Assembly: GCF_009914755.1 (NCBI RefSeq)
Contig: NC_060926.1
Strand: one strand, 5' to 3'
Length of the DNA stretch: 64,000 nt
Origin: the human T2T-CHM13v2.0 reference genome, Homo sapiens
In this document: in pieces, positions 29,293 through 43,949 of the stretch
How positions within the stretch are numbered: position 1 is the stretch's first letter
Layout of the letters: the number at the start of each line of letters is the position of its first letter
Translations under genes and position numbers: made by a program
The notes under the pieces: model-generated
Database searches by the model: none
What the model was told of the DNA's origin: nothing
Seen by the model: the letters and a program-made list of their open reading frames with translations, nothing else

Positions 29293-30908
29293 TACTAGTA
29301 GTAACCAAAGATGCATTTGGAAACATCTTTTATTTGTGTGAGACATAAATGTTGCCAGTAATAAAACTCAAAATGGACAAAAAGTATTAGAACCAGACTA
29401 ATTTGGTGAAGGAGGGGGGCAGAAATGAGGATAAGAGTGCAAGGCATTGATAGCTTCACCTTTCTGCTCCTGACTGTGCTGTGCTAGAGTCTGTGTGTCC
29501 CTCTGCCAGACCAAGCCTCTGTCCCATATATAGTCTTGTTGAAGGGGCAGGTTTTATCCTTGTGACCTTGTTCCTCCAAGCATAGCTGTATGTATGGCCA
29601 GGTTTTATCCTTGTGACCTTGTCCCTCCAAGCATAACTGATTGGACTAAGATAGGATACTTGTGTCAAAAATAGACAAGCTATAGGCTGGCCAGTGTCCT
29701 GTGGTATGGCCTAGCAGAAAAAGATGAGCTGGGTCAGCTACCGTCTTCCCCTGAGGGATTTCAACAGGGACATATCGAGAATTTCTAGTGGGAGCTGGAA
29801 CTAAAAGTTCAGTAGATTAAGAGAGACTTGAGATATCTTAAGGGAGTCACATTGATGAGGAAGCAGAGACTATGAGGCAGATAAAAGATTGTAAAAAGTT
29901 GAGCACTGGAGTAAGGATCTTTAAAACTGTTAATGAGGGTCTTTACAGCTTCCCTGGATTTAGAACTACTGTTCAGAACTACCTTCTGTGCAGTCTGACC
30001 CTGTTCTTAAAATTTTATGAGATTCTAACTTCCTTCTAGCCATGTGAATCCTTACAGTAAATCCTTTCCTTATGCTAGTCTGTGAGTGCATATTAGAAAT
30101 GCTTTCAGCTGCAAGTAACAGAAAATTTAACTGGCAGTGTCTTAAACACAGGGGCATTTATTATTTACTTAAGAATTCCAGTTACAGTGTTGGTTCTGCA
30201 GCTCAATGATGTCATGAGATACCCAGGAGCCTTGGCCCATTCTGCTTTGCTTTAATGCCTGATGTTGTGTAGTTTTAGGTGTCACATGGCAGTGACTAAA
30301 GCAGATGGAGAAAGAGGTGGGACAAACAAACTTTCTCCTTGAATCCTTATGATAATTTTCTTAAAAAAATCAAGGAGGAAAATCTTCTTAGAAAGACCCT
30401 GGCAGATAGCCCCTGGTGTCTATCAGGACTGGGTGGTCACCCTGGGTCAGTCACTAGCAAACAAGATTGCAATGGACATATTGCATTAGACCCATTGTGA
30501 TTCATGTCCTGGGGCTGGGCTCATTGCTGCCCATCAGAAATTGGCATGCTGTTAGCAAGAAGGGAGAATGGCTATTGGGTAGTGAACCAGCTGATGTGGC
30601 TTGGGTTCTCTGGAAGCAGATTCACAGATGGAATTTGGGATGCAAGGTGTTTACTTGGTTTGAAACCTGTAAAAGGAGAGAAGCTTAAAGACACATAACA
30701 ACAAAATGTAATGTGGCATCCTGGATGTGATCCTGGAAGCATCAAAGGACATTCAGTAAACACTAAGGAGAACTAAATAAACTACCAACTCTAGTTAATA
30801 GTAATGTATCAGTATTGCTTCATTAATTGTAACAAATGTATTATACTAATGTGAGGTGTTACTAATAGGGAAAACTGAATGAGGGCATATGGAAACTCTG
30901 TGCTATAG

Positions 30909-31239
<331 letters not shown>

Positions 31240-33799
31240 TCAGAAAGTATTCTTAAAAGCAGTCTATTATAAACAAACCAAAACCTGTCAAAAGAAGGGA
31301 GAGGTAACAGGATTGGGCAGAAGAAAAAGCTGAATCACAATGCAGGACCATGGAAATCTCAGCTAACCCCTGGGGAGCTCTGGAGAGACTATCGTCCGAC
31401 TGTGTTTCCCACATTGAACGGAGCTGTCTGGGCCTTTATCCTGCTGCCTCACTCCATCACTAGGTGTGGACTATGCCAGGAAGGCACAGTCTTGGGCAAA
31501 GTGGCTCTTTCTAGCTGAGGCTGACATTGAAGAAACTGACAGCTGAAGGCCATCTGTTGGTCACACTCCTTGCAGCTGGGCAGCAAGCCCCTCCTTGACA
31601 GAGAATCTGGGTGGCACATGTCTGTGTCCACTACATCAGCAGTGTCTACCTCGGTGAATCTCTGTAGTAGACATGGAGATGTGCCACAGATGATCTTCAG
31701 CAAGGACTTCCTGTTTCAGCTGCTGGGAGGGCAGCCATTCTGATACTGGGAAGGAAGGGCCTAGGCAGGAGAGACACCAGTGAAGATGCTAGGAATTTCC
31801 TATCAACCATTGCAGCCATCTCACAGTCACGGGGTATCTGTGACCATGGAAACAATGCAAGAATTTCCAAGAACCATGCTATGGGGTCATAGTCTCAGGC
31901 TATTTATGAAATGCATTTATTCTGAAATTGCATGTGCAAGTTGGTTGTTTGGAACCCTAAGTACATTTTTTTTTTCATAGAAATAGTAAGTAATAGGTTT
32001 CCTTGTAAGCCCACAAAAGACCACAATGTACCTGAAGTATAGCATGATTTCAGTTTTACCAATTGTTATTTGTAAAACTGTGTCTTCACAGAAAGGTACA
32101 TTCCAGGAAGGGACACGCCTTCCACTATAGGTGGTCATGGATAGATCCACACAGAAGGCAGCACTTTATCTCTGCATTGCAAAAGATAATCAAGTAAGTT
32201 AGGAGCTCTGGATTATGGTTCTGGTTTGGCTGCTTTCTTAACACTGTTAGAGTGTCTTTTTCTGTTCTGTCAAAGGATGGGGCCTAAGTAGATCATTTCT
32301 AGAGCCCCTTCTGTCTCTAGCATTCTGTATCTCTCTAGAGCAGTCATATAGATAATCGGAATTCAGAAATAAAAAAACATTTGCATATAATAGGGCAAGA
32401 ACATGGCTAAACATTCATATTTGTCTGGGTCTTCTTCATAGCACAGTATTGCATAGTGACATAATTAGTAAAACTGGGCCTCTGTGCTAAATTGAATGTG
32501 GATTCCCCTGCATAGGACAAAAGGACTCTGTGTTTCTCCAAACGACTGGGCTTTGTTAGATCAGAACAATGTCTTAGGGAATTGGGTGAAGAATGAAACT
32601 TCCCCTCCCTCCAGGCCCTGCTCAAGCTTCCCCTACAGTAGAAGGCCACTCCTCAATGCTATAGGAAATAAAGTTCCTTGTAGTCACACAAGGCAATTGG
32701 GAGCTGCATGGGATCTGGGCAGACCCACTCATTTGCCCTGCCCCAGCCTGGTGACACCATCACCACTCTTCCCTTGGGGTATCTAAGGGAGGACCTGCAT
32801 CAATGCCCTCAATGTATAGGTTTATTGTGACCATTTGCTCAGGACAAAGGTGTGTTGGTAATTTGTGGTTGTTAATATTCACAGTAGAGTATAATTTTGA
32901 AACTCTCATTTCCACATATAAGCTACAAATTAAACAATTTACCACAGTTGTTAGAAGTTTCCATATAACGTTATTTGTAGGACAATAATGAATAGACCAT
33001 AGCTACAGTTATCTAGGTCACAGTCTCAACTTTGGAATGAAATCCAAGGGTAATTCAGGTTGGTATCTTGGACTTTGCCTGAGTTGTCTAGGGAATCAGA
33101 CAGAGCTGACATGCTTCAGAAACATGTAACATATACTCTGCTTAAATGTATGGCTTAAACTCTACTGCCTGAGATCACATGAAAATTTCATTAATCACTG
33201 ACCTGTGCCATGTCATCGAGTCTCCTTGAGCTTAATGTGAGTCATTGAACCTTGTTTAGCTTCAGTTCTTCATTATGAAATCAGGGATGATAGAAAGGTT
33301 CCAAAACAGTGGGGTGCTTTTATATTTTTATCTTTTAGTCTTTTGGATGGTAGAGTCTTGGTTCCTTATGGATACCTTGCTACAGAATAAATCTATAACT
33401 AATTCTCCCAAATCTTACTATAGCCAGAAGTTTCAAAATGTTCTCCCTGGTGCATCTTTTTAATCAATGCTATATCTAATAGAAAAGTGTTTATGTCTCT
33501 GTTACTCAAGAAGAATCAAACCATCTTCCTTCTCCTTTTTAAAGTCATTTCATCTGTCTGATGCAAATATCAGTGTGCATCCTTCTCTCTTCTACTCCTA
33601 GACAGACCGCAGTGTGGCCTAACACACATGCATAGAGATGGGGTCAGGCCCCCCCTGCTTTTAGCTTTGGTTTTGTCACCAACTAACTTTTGGGTCCAGC
33701 AAACAGTGGGTGCCCAACACATGTGAAATGTGAGTTTTAAAAATTCTCTTGGCCTCGATTTTCTTTGTTGTCAAATAAGACAGTTTTCCACTGTGGCAG

Positions 33800-34310
33800 G
33801 TACTGTTGATTAACTCTATAGTCATTTCAAACACCCTTTTCCTGTCTACTTCTCAGTATAGAATAGAGGCTGGTAAATGACATATGACTTCTCTCAGCCT
33901 GTCTTGCAATTAGGTGGCTCATGTGACCTAAGGGGCTGTTTGCTGGAGGGTTTCTGGGAAGAGTTATTTTCCTAAATAAAGTGATAGAGACATGGGAAAA
34001 CAGCCTGTTCCCTGCCTTCACCTTCCTGCCTTGAAAGCAACTGTGGGGGAAAGATGCTTGGAACTGGGATGACCACTTTATCTTGTGTAAACACATGTGA
34101 GGATGAAAAGTCAACTCTCTGAGGATGGGGAGCCTTGAGACAGCAAGAGCCTGGGCCCTTGAGCACCATTGCTGGGCCATTGCACCAATCTCAGAATTGC
34201 TTACCCATGCCCTTCTTATTACATGAAGTGATTCCATGTCTCTAGCTCTTAAACAGAGTCAGGTTTTCTCTTTCTTGCAGCCAAAGTCACATCTTAAGTG
34301 ATTGTAACCA
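33800..34310 (+). mobile_element. Old MaLR LTR (MLT1-type)
   Basis: TCTCAGCCTGTCTTGCAATTAGGTGGCTCATGTGACC...TTCTTGCAGCCAAA pattern. Confidence 0.6.
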
Positions 34311-35960
34311 CTACAAAGTGATACTCTCTAAAGTCACTTTGTTCTAAGACTCTCACAGTATGTACTGAACCAATTTTTTTTCCTGGTATTATATCATTAT
34401 AGGTGAGTTTCATTTCCTTTCCTGTGTTCTCTAGTAGAGGTGGTAATGAGCAGTGAAATAACAAAGAAGTTGAGAATAGGAGAAAAAAAAAGTAAGGAAT
34501 GAAGACTTCAAAATAACTCCCATTTAGGTACTTAGAAGTTAATCATGAGTGGAATACACAGAGGGAGCTGGGCTTGGCTTGACGGGGTGATCTCCACTTT
34601 CCTTCTCTATTCCCAGAAGACTTAGGAGGCTCCGTGAGAGGGAGAATGAGATAAGAATTTTAGCAACTTACTCTCTCCACCCTGTGAAAGAACTTCTGCC
34701 TTGGCAACACCCCTCCCCAAATAATTTTCACATAGTCCAGATGAGTGCCTTCCCATACACAGGATGAAAGATCCAGGGAAAAAAGTCATATCGGGACAAT
34801 GGAGAAAAAAAATTGGCTTTGCCTCTGCATTGTGTGTCTAATCCTGGTTCTGATAGCCCTTTACAAAGTTCCAAAAAGTGAAAAGCAACCGTGGAAACAC
34901 CTGTTGGAAACCGTTTTTGAGCTGTCCACGTTGGTACTGGCTGGTTTCCTCTGGGAGGCTGAGTGCTCAAAGCATCAAGAAGGCCAGAACAGAGAACAGA
35001 ATTTGTACTCCATCATCTGTGAAGGCTTTACTCTATTTCAGTAGCTGTGAATAAAGGGGCTTTCCGTAAACATACGTTATGACCATAGATATCAGGTTGA
35101 CTAATACAATTCATGGCTCTGGCGCTCTTCCTATAATCCACCTGACTCGAATACTCAGGGTGTGCCTTTTGGTGAGTTCATATGTTTGAGCAGTCAAAGC
35201 TTTATAGTCCTCACCAAAAAATATGTTTTTGACTTAATAGTTTTTAGATAAAAAATTTTCACAATGGATGAAGTAGTCTAAGACATTGATAAAACAAAAT
35301 TATGTTAAAAAGTTCTCGACCTTCCTGCTCTTTTATGTTTTTCTCGCTAATCTCACACCTTGCTAATCTCTCACACCTCCTTTACAGAGGTGTAAATTAT
35401 CTTCTTTTGGGTGCATGTACATCAATTGACACATTTATTTAAATTTAAACTCAGAGAAAAAATGCACTAGCTTTTGAGTTTAGAGTCAATGTGAGACCTC
35501 AGGTCCAGAGAGGTGAGCGGCAGTGGAAGAGGTGATAAAAGACTGATTCTGTGCTACTTTTATCACCTCTCTGGGCTTGAGCTCCTAATCTGTGAAGGGA
35601 GGCAACTATCCTAAAATTATCTTTAGGATGATTCATTACAGCTGTAACATGCAATGATTCTATTAAGAGTCTACTGAATAAGGCTAAAGCTATTCATTAT
35701 TTTTTTTCTAAGAAGTTTTTTAAACTCTTAAAATGATTTCAAAGGAACAAATCCCTTGTAACTTGTAACTTCAAAAAGATTTTGAGTAATTGCTTTTTCA
35801 TCACAATGTTTTCTTTAGGCAATGTACTTCTTGAACAACCTCTTGCTATATTCCTTTGGTGCTTGGTTTCTCTTTTAAAATAGTGATGCCTGCGACTGCC
35901 TATAATAGAGCAGCCATTTTTAGTTACTACTGAGGCCAAGCCTTTCTTTGTTGAAAATAG

Positions 35961-36317
<357 letters not shown>

Positions 36318-36589
36318 TGAGGATTTGTTTAAAATATAAACATGATGCAAAAATTGATTTTAGATTTCGCCAGCATATTGTTGTTAATTGGTAGAAGCAT
36401 TAGAATTGTATGATAATATGTTTACAAAGTTCATGTCAACTTTTATGGGAAAGCTGTGCATTCTTTTGTAGAAGACCTTATGAACCTCAAGCTTGTAAGT
36501 AATAGCTATCTTTTGTAAATAAGTTCTAGCTGTGTGCTAAGTACTTTATGACACCTGAGAGAAACTCAACTCATGATGATGACAGGGAT

Positions 36590-37210
36590 GGTGAAAGTTG
36601 CTACATTAATTGAGTGCCTACTGTGTGCCAACAAGTGATTATATCCAGCATTATTTCTAACTGTTTCAATGTTAATATGAAGAAAGCATTATTAGCTTCA
36701 TTTAACAGATAAAGAAATTGAGACTACTGAGACTCAGCAACGCTGGGGAGTAACACTGGCATTTGAACTCAGGTCTGCCAGACCTCTTCCACCATGCTAG
36801 GCTGAAAGGCTTTTCTGCTGATGGCTTTTGCAAAAATCATTCATGTACACTAGGAGGCCTAGGTGTGCAAAGCTATAAGATAAGCCATCTGAATGAAAGC
36901 TCCATTTTAGTAAAAAAGAAAACACTAGAAGAAGGGGGACATGAATAATAATAGCAAACACTTGTAAAGTCCCCCTTTGTATGAGATACTGCTCTAAGTG
37001 CTTTGTGACTACGAACACATTTAAAGTTGATGACAACTTTATGGGATAGGTGCTTTCATGGTTACCCTGGGCTTCCAGATTAAGAAACAGAGACAAAGAG
37101 AGGTTATGCAGCTTGCTCAAGGTCACCCAGCTAGTAAGTGGTAGAGCTGGGATTTGATCTCAGTAAATTTGGCTCCAGAGTCCATGTTATTAACCCCCTC
37201 ACTCTGCTAC
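36590..37210 (-). mobile_element. Two MIR fragments
   Basis: AGAGGTTATGCAGCTTGCTCAAGGTCACCCAGCTAGTAAGTGGTAGAGCTGGGATTTGA, the reverse-complement MIR core. Confidence 0.75.
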
Positions 37211-37611
37211 CTTTGTCTTATGCTTAATTCCTATTATCAGGTAGGAATCTAATGGCAGGTCCTGCTGAGCCACCTGTAAACCAGCACAAGAAGGCATTTG
37301 AAGATCCCTTACATGTCCATATTATTTCTTGCTTGGAGTGGAAGGAAGGAGTATTGCCCCGCCTGTGGCTGGAAGAAGGCTGAGTAGCCATACAGTTCCA
37401 AAGCAACACCGTCTTCCTCTTCTGGGTGGGTTGGGTAGGGCACCATGATGATAACCTCTCTTTCTACATCCAGTCCCCTCCACATGCTCCCCTCCATAGC
37501 CTTAAAACAGGAAATAACCAGCACCCCAGTGATTTTTGTGGTGGTGGTTACTAGGTATACATAAGTATAAGATATTATCTCTAACCTTTAGGCGTTCATT
37601 GGCCAGTCACT

Positions 37612-38051
37612 GAAAGAAAGGAAAAAAAGAAAAAGAAAAAAGGAAAGAAAGGAAGAGAAAAATAGAAGGAAAGAAAGAAAGGAGAGAAGGAAAGAAGAAA
37701 GGAAGAAAGGGAGAAAAGAAGAAAAGAAGAAAGAAAGGCCAGGCACAGTGGTTCATGCCTATAATCTCAACACTTTGGGAGGCTGAAGTGGGAAGATCAC
37801 TTGAGTCCAGGAGTTCGAGACCAGCTGAGGCAACATAGGAAGATCACAGAGTCTCTATAAAAAATATTTAAAAATTAGCTGGGTATGGTGGCACACATAG
37901 TAGTCCCAGCTACTTGGGAGGCTGAGGCAAGAGGATTGCTTAAGCCTAGGAGGTCAAGGCTGCAGTAAGCCATGATTGTACCACTGCATTCCAGCCTGAG
38001 TGACAGAGTACAACCCCATCTCAAAAAAAAAAAAAAAAGAAAAAAAAAAAA
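37612..38051 (+). mobile_element. GA-rich tract (37612-37736) followed by AluJ (37737-38051)
   Basis: Pure purine run, then GGCCAGGCACAGTGGTTCA...GGTCAAGGCTGCAG and poly-A. Confidence 0.9.
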
Positions 38052-40145
38052 TAGAAGAAGAAGGAAGGAAATGAAATAATTACACAGCATTAAGGCCAAT
38101 GTGATGAAGAACCAATGTGGGCTATAATTGCCCAGGAGGGCTTCCCTGGAGATGTGGGGTTAATCTGAGCCATGAAGAATGATTATGGGTTGGCCAGGCC
38201 AGTTGGGGAGGGAAGGATGGCCAGAGGTAGAATGAAAGGGAGAGGACAGAGAGGCGCCATGGCTGAAGGGACACCATCCTTCCTTCCTCTCCCGCTGCAT
38301 CCATATGACTTGTGTCCTGCTGCTGCTGAGTGCCAGTGGGTAAATACCTTCTCTAGAGCCCCAGCCCCTCCTTCGGCTCAAAAAGGTGAGTAACTAACAT
38401 ACTTCTTTGTGAAAAATGGGCGATCTAGACCTTATGAAACATTAATTTTCTAGTGTGTTCTCTATGAAGAAATGAAAACTCTGTATTTGAAGAAAGTCAA
38501 GGAAGTAGCTACAATACAGCCAAGCATTAACACAATGCCTGGATGGTTAGAAGTCTCAGGCTATTTAAAGACCCAGTAATTAACATAGTGCAATAACATA
38601 AAATAGGAAGGGCTACAGTTTACTCTGCACACAAGAACTCTTGGCAGCCACATGATTCCTTCACAAAAATACAATGACCAGTAAGTTCTGCAGATGAGTT
38701 TTCTCATCTATAAAATGGGTATAGTAACTGTATCCACCTCACTAGGTTGTTGTAAAGATTAAATGAGTTAATATACACAAAGTGCTTAGACCAACCCCTG
38801 CTGACTTATACACTGAGAAATGTTCTTAGGACAAGATGCTAGTTAGCTACAGAAGTGACACAGACCACATGTGAAGTGTGTGTTGTAAGTGGTAAATTTC
38901 AGAAATGGGTCCCAGAGGGGCAGATTCTTTTCCGAGGCATAACGGGTGATATGTAGGAGAAGACATGCTAAAGCTCCATTTCTTTTCAGTTGTAAAATGA
39001 GTCACCTTTTCTAAGAAGTGTTACATAAACCAGGTTTGGTTCATTTGAGCACGGTGTGGTATATAAGAAATAGAATTTGCTTTATTTTAAACCGTTTTTT
39101 TTTAACCAATTGGTAGTTGTTTAACAAAGCTTTTTAATATTTGATGTGAAGCAAAAACCAATGAAAGTCTATAAAAAATAATCCCAATATGATGACTCAG
39201 TAGCTCTCATTCTATTTGAAAGTGATCTGCACTTGGCAGGGGGTGGTGGGGGGAATGAAATCAGAAGGATTACAAGGGAGCTTCAATTAGATCTGTAACA
39301 TCTTATTTTTTAAAATAAAAGAGAGCAAAAAGGCATAATACTAACATTTATTTAATCTGGGCACTATTAGATTATTTCCTTTGCTATTCTGCATGTTTGA
39401 AAAATTTTATTTTTCATCTAAAGAAATGTAGCCTTCAGCTCATTTTCCTCTCACCATATAGCTAACTTTACACTATATTCCTGCTCCCTACCCCCACTTT
39501 GGTTCCACAGATCTCTTCATCCCTTCTAGAAACAGTAGAATGTTTTGCATCTGTCTCTTTGGGGATTTCCACTTCAGCCTGACCAGTTTCGGTAAATGCT
39601 AACTCCATTTTTCCTTTCATCTCAGCCAGCACACTTTGTAGCGACTATTCACAGGTCTTCTGAGGGTGATATATATCTGCGCCCCAGTGTCACAGCAGAC
39701 ACAAAATCTAGTAAAAATGAAATTTCAAGGGTGGCCTTGATCAGTATGAGTGTCAACACTAGGGACAGCAGTGGATAAGTGTGGGTAGAAGCATTGAGGG
39801 AGTGAGACAAAGGTGGAGATGAGGAAAATGTCACAAAAGGGCAGAGGCTGACAGTGGGGGCACTTGGCAGCCAGTTTCAGGTCTACCCCTGTTGCCTCGG
39901 AGATGGGAAGGCAAGTAGGAGGCAATGTGTTGATTGTATAAGAGCTTGTCAGATGACTTGTTAGCCCAGCTGGCCATCTACCTGATGCTGACTTGGGTCA
40001 ACATGCAACTAGAACTTGGTTTCTGTAGAGGAATAAGGTCCCCTGAGTTGCAAGACTGTAGGAATAGCTCTACCGTGCTGGCAAATCTGTAACTAGCAAT
40101 GAGTCCAGTGGGTCCTACCAAATGCTTATCGACTAATTAGATGAC

Positions 40146-40553
40146 TGATTTAGTCTGTTTTGTACAGCTACAAAAGAAATACCACAGATTGGGTGATTCA
40201 TAATGAATAGATATTTATTGGCTTTTGGTTCTAGGGGCTGAAAATTCCATTATTGAGGGGCTGGCATCTGGTAAGGGCCTTCTTGCTGCATTATCCATGG
40301 TGAAAGGGCAAAGAGAGGGAGGCAGTGAGGGAGGGAAGGATAGAGAGAGAAAGAAAGAGGAAGATGTGCAAAATAGAGCTGAACTTCTCCTTTTATAAGG
40401 AACCTACTCCCATGACAATGGCACTAATTCATTCAGGAGGGCAGAGCCCTCATGGCCTAATCCCCTCTTAAAGCACCCACCTCTTAATACTGTTACAATT
40501 GCAATTAAATTTTAACATGAGTTTTGGAGGGGACAAATGTTCAAACTATAGCA
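40146..40553 (-). mobile_element. MST-type MaLR solo LTR
   Basis: TTAGTCTGTTTTG...CATGAGTTTTGGAGGGGACAAATGTTCAAACTATAGCA. Confidence 0.85.
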
Positions 40554-42132
40554 ATGACCATTGTCAGTGCTGATGCCACCCATAAATACTAAAATTGATA
40601 GTAGCATTTTAGTATATATAGACTTATTTATGTCCCTGTTTCCCCTGTTGCACAGACTGACTAGGGGCTGTGCTCCCTGGCTGAAATGTTAGGACCTGTG
40701 GAAGCATGCTTTAAAGCTTGTCTTTCCCCCTTCACCAGATCAGTTTTCCATTGAGTTCTCATGGTGAATCCTTTTTAAAATGTAAGGTCCTGAAAGAAAG
40801 AATCCATGTGTTCTCAAGTTCTTGTATGCCCTGCCAGGACCTGTGGGCTTTCAACAAAAGTCATTTGAGGAGTTCCATTAGGTTGGCAGATACAAAAAAC
40901 AGCTGTGCTTTCCAGAGAGAGAAATCTATGACTGCTGAAATCTGCTATCTTTGACTCTGCCTTTGCCTTTTATCTTTTCCTTTAGATAACAGGCTTTACT
41001 GTTTTGCATTTTACAGTCATATAAACTAATTCAGGATCACCCTTTGGCTGTTTTGCCATCTCAATGCACTCAATTTGAGTTGCTCCCTTAAAATAGCTGG
41101 CTTCCAATTCTTTAATCATGAATTCCAAATGACATCTTAAACTTGCTTGAGAAAAAGTTGAAAAGGACATTTTTGGAAATGTACAAATTGTTACTTATTG
41201 ATTTACTTTTATTCAATAAAAATATGAGAGGCCGTGCCTTGGCTGATCCTGATCAGTTGCTTACCCATCTCTCTCTCTTCCTCAGTTTCTTTCTATGCAA
41301 AATAGAGCCAGTAATGGTACTTATAGCTTGCCATAGAGATTAAAGGTTTAACATAAAACACTTTCCCTTAAGAATATGACCATCTAGTTGGGGAGATGTT
41401 GACTATAAATAGATGTTAAATAAGGAAACAAAGCTGAGTTGCTAAGTGAGTATATGGATGGCAAATGCTCTGGAGCAGTTAGCCCTTCTCTCTAGCTGAG
41501 TAATGATTTCTCCATGAAGTCCTGTCCTTGTTCTACTGTCAGACTAGGTGGAGCCTCCTGCAGAGCTTCCACTGGCTGGCTGGACTCCCAGCTCATCCAA
41601 AGACCCCACCTGTTCCCAGTTCTGCCTAAGCAGCAGCATTCCTGGCCAAGCCCTGAGCTTCAAGGCTGATGGTGTCCACTTCCCCTTCAACCAGCACAGC
41701 TCTCTCCTTCTCTAAGAAAAGTGCACCTTCCTCTCATTCTTACATAAGGCTTGTCTAGTGAGAAAGTCCCTCTCTGGGTTGCCAGAGGCAAAAGTCTTGG
41801 TTGTTCTTTACTAAAAACTTGTAACCAGCTGCAACCATTAACAGATGTCAGACTGAGAACACCCATTAGAGAGTGCAGAGCTAGCGAAGGGTGAAGGGTT
41901 TTTTTTTTTTGCCCCACTCCTGGAAAAGGACAATCAGCTTTTGACATTAGTCAGGAACTAAGCCCCTCTATAGTCTAAATTTATTTAACCTAAATTTATT
42001 TTAGTTCTTTCTCTTACTCTTGTCTTTGAGGTTGCCAATTTTAGATATACCTACAGTTTGCCCTTTAAGCCCCAATTGTATGTACTTTTATTTTCTTTGC
42101 TTAGCTAGTCATTTTATTCTCTATGATATTTC

Positions 42133-42431
<299 letters not shown>

Positions 42432-43949
42432 GCTCCCTGTGATATTTCTAAACATATTCTCAGTAATCTCTAATGCTCACTGCAGGACAGTCTGTGCCTA
42501 TATTGTTATTGCTTGCTATAATGCAGTTTCTGCCATCTCCTTAAGGTTACAGAATGAACCAGCCTTGTTTAGGATATTTGGAATGACAGATATTAGGTGA
42601 GTTTCTTATCACCGCGAGGCATTGGAAAGGTAAGGTGAATGACAGGTACGATCTGAAAATTAAACAGTTTGTAGCACTTGTTTTTTAATCAGAGTTCAGC
42701 AAGAGTACATGATGTTTCCCATGGAGCCTCAGCATCAGGCGAAGGCATAGAGCTGTCACTCAACCACACGATGGCTATGAAACAAAAGACTCTTCCAGTT
42801 TATTAATTTAAATAGGCAAAACGAGCCAATTCCTGGCCCCGTTGTAATACAGAGTAGAGATAATGTACACATCCCAGACTCCCAGGAACTGGAAGGAGGC
42901 CATCCTGGGAGAGTGGGACTGTATCTCACCATTAATGCCCACCCCCCCCAACTCCCAAATATGGGCAAACTCTGGTTAAAACAAACATCAAGGACAAAGA
43001 TGTCTCAGAAAGGAAATGAACTGAGAAGCCCGGGCAAAGCCTCCTCCATCCAGCTGCCTGGGAGGGAGAGAGGTGGTGGTGGCCAACATGTGAGTAGTTC
43101 TTTCTCTCTTCCCTTCAGAGCCTCCATGGGAGGTCTGGATTCAGGGTATTCAGTTTCTACATATTTTGACAGGGTGTGTCAGTTCAAAGGCATAGAGCAG
43201 AGCTTTAGCACGGGGGAAATTGAGGTCATTAACGTATTCCAGCTCACACATTGGAAAGCCCACAAGATGATTTGCATGCCTAATGACTGTGCTCAAGTCC
43301 CACTGCCCCGGTAGACGTTTCCCCTGATGCCTCCAAGCCTTATCTGATCTCTTCCATTCCTGATCCCCTCTATTATCTGATGGGAATCATATACCCCATG
43401 CTCTAGTTATTCACAGTTCCATCCCTGGAAGTGCTCATGGTCAAGTTGGCTTAGCTATTGTACATAGGCCGCTCGCTTGTGTACAAATCACTGCTCCCCA
43501 GCCAGATTATGAATTCATTGAATGCAGGCAGGATCCCTATTAGTCTTTGTATTCCTGAAGCACCTAACACAATGCCTAGGGGAGTGAGGCAGAATTACAA
43601 TATTAATCCCTGTCTCCCAAATAAGACACCTTGAATGAGAGACGGAGGAATAGAGAAGGCTCTGTTGTTCTCGGGACAGTCTTCCCAGTGCCACCTTGCC
43701 TGAAATGCAATCCTTCTAGAGTCATGGTGCCGGGAAAATGCCCTCTATATGTGCAGAGATGATTATTAAGGGATGAGTGTTTCCCAAGGGCCAGGGCATA
43801 CTAAAGATGGGATACAGAAATGTATGTGAGGGTTGGCCAGACCAGAAGGATATATGGTCAGGGAAAAGTCACTGGTCAGTGTGACCACAAACCTCAAGGG
43901 GACTCTCAGTGCTGCCCAATGATCCATTTCCATTCAACTCACACTCTCA

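Noticed and set aside
28892-29346. ORFs of 102-149 aa rich in K/E/R or F/L/S
   Set aside because: Translations of the (TTTC)n microsatellite.
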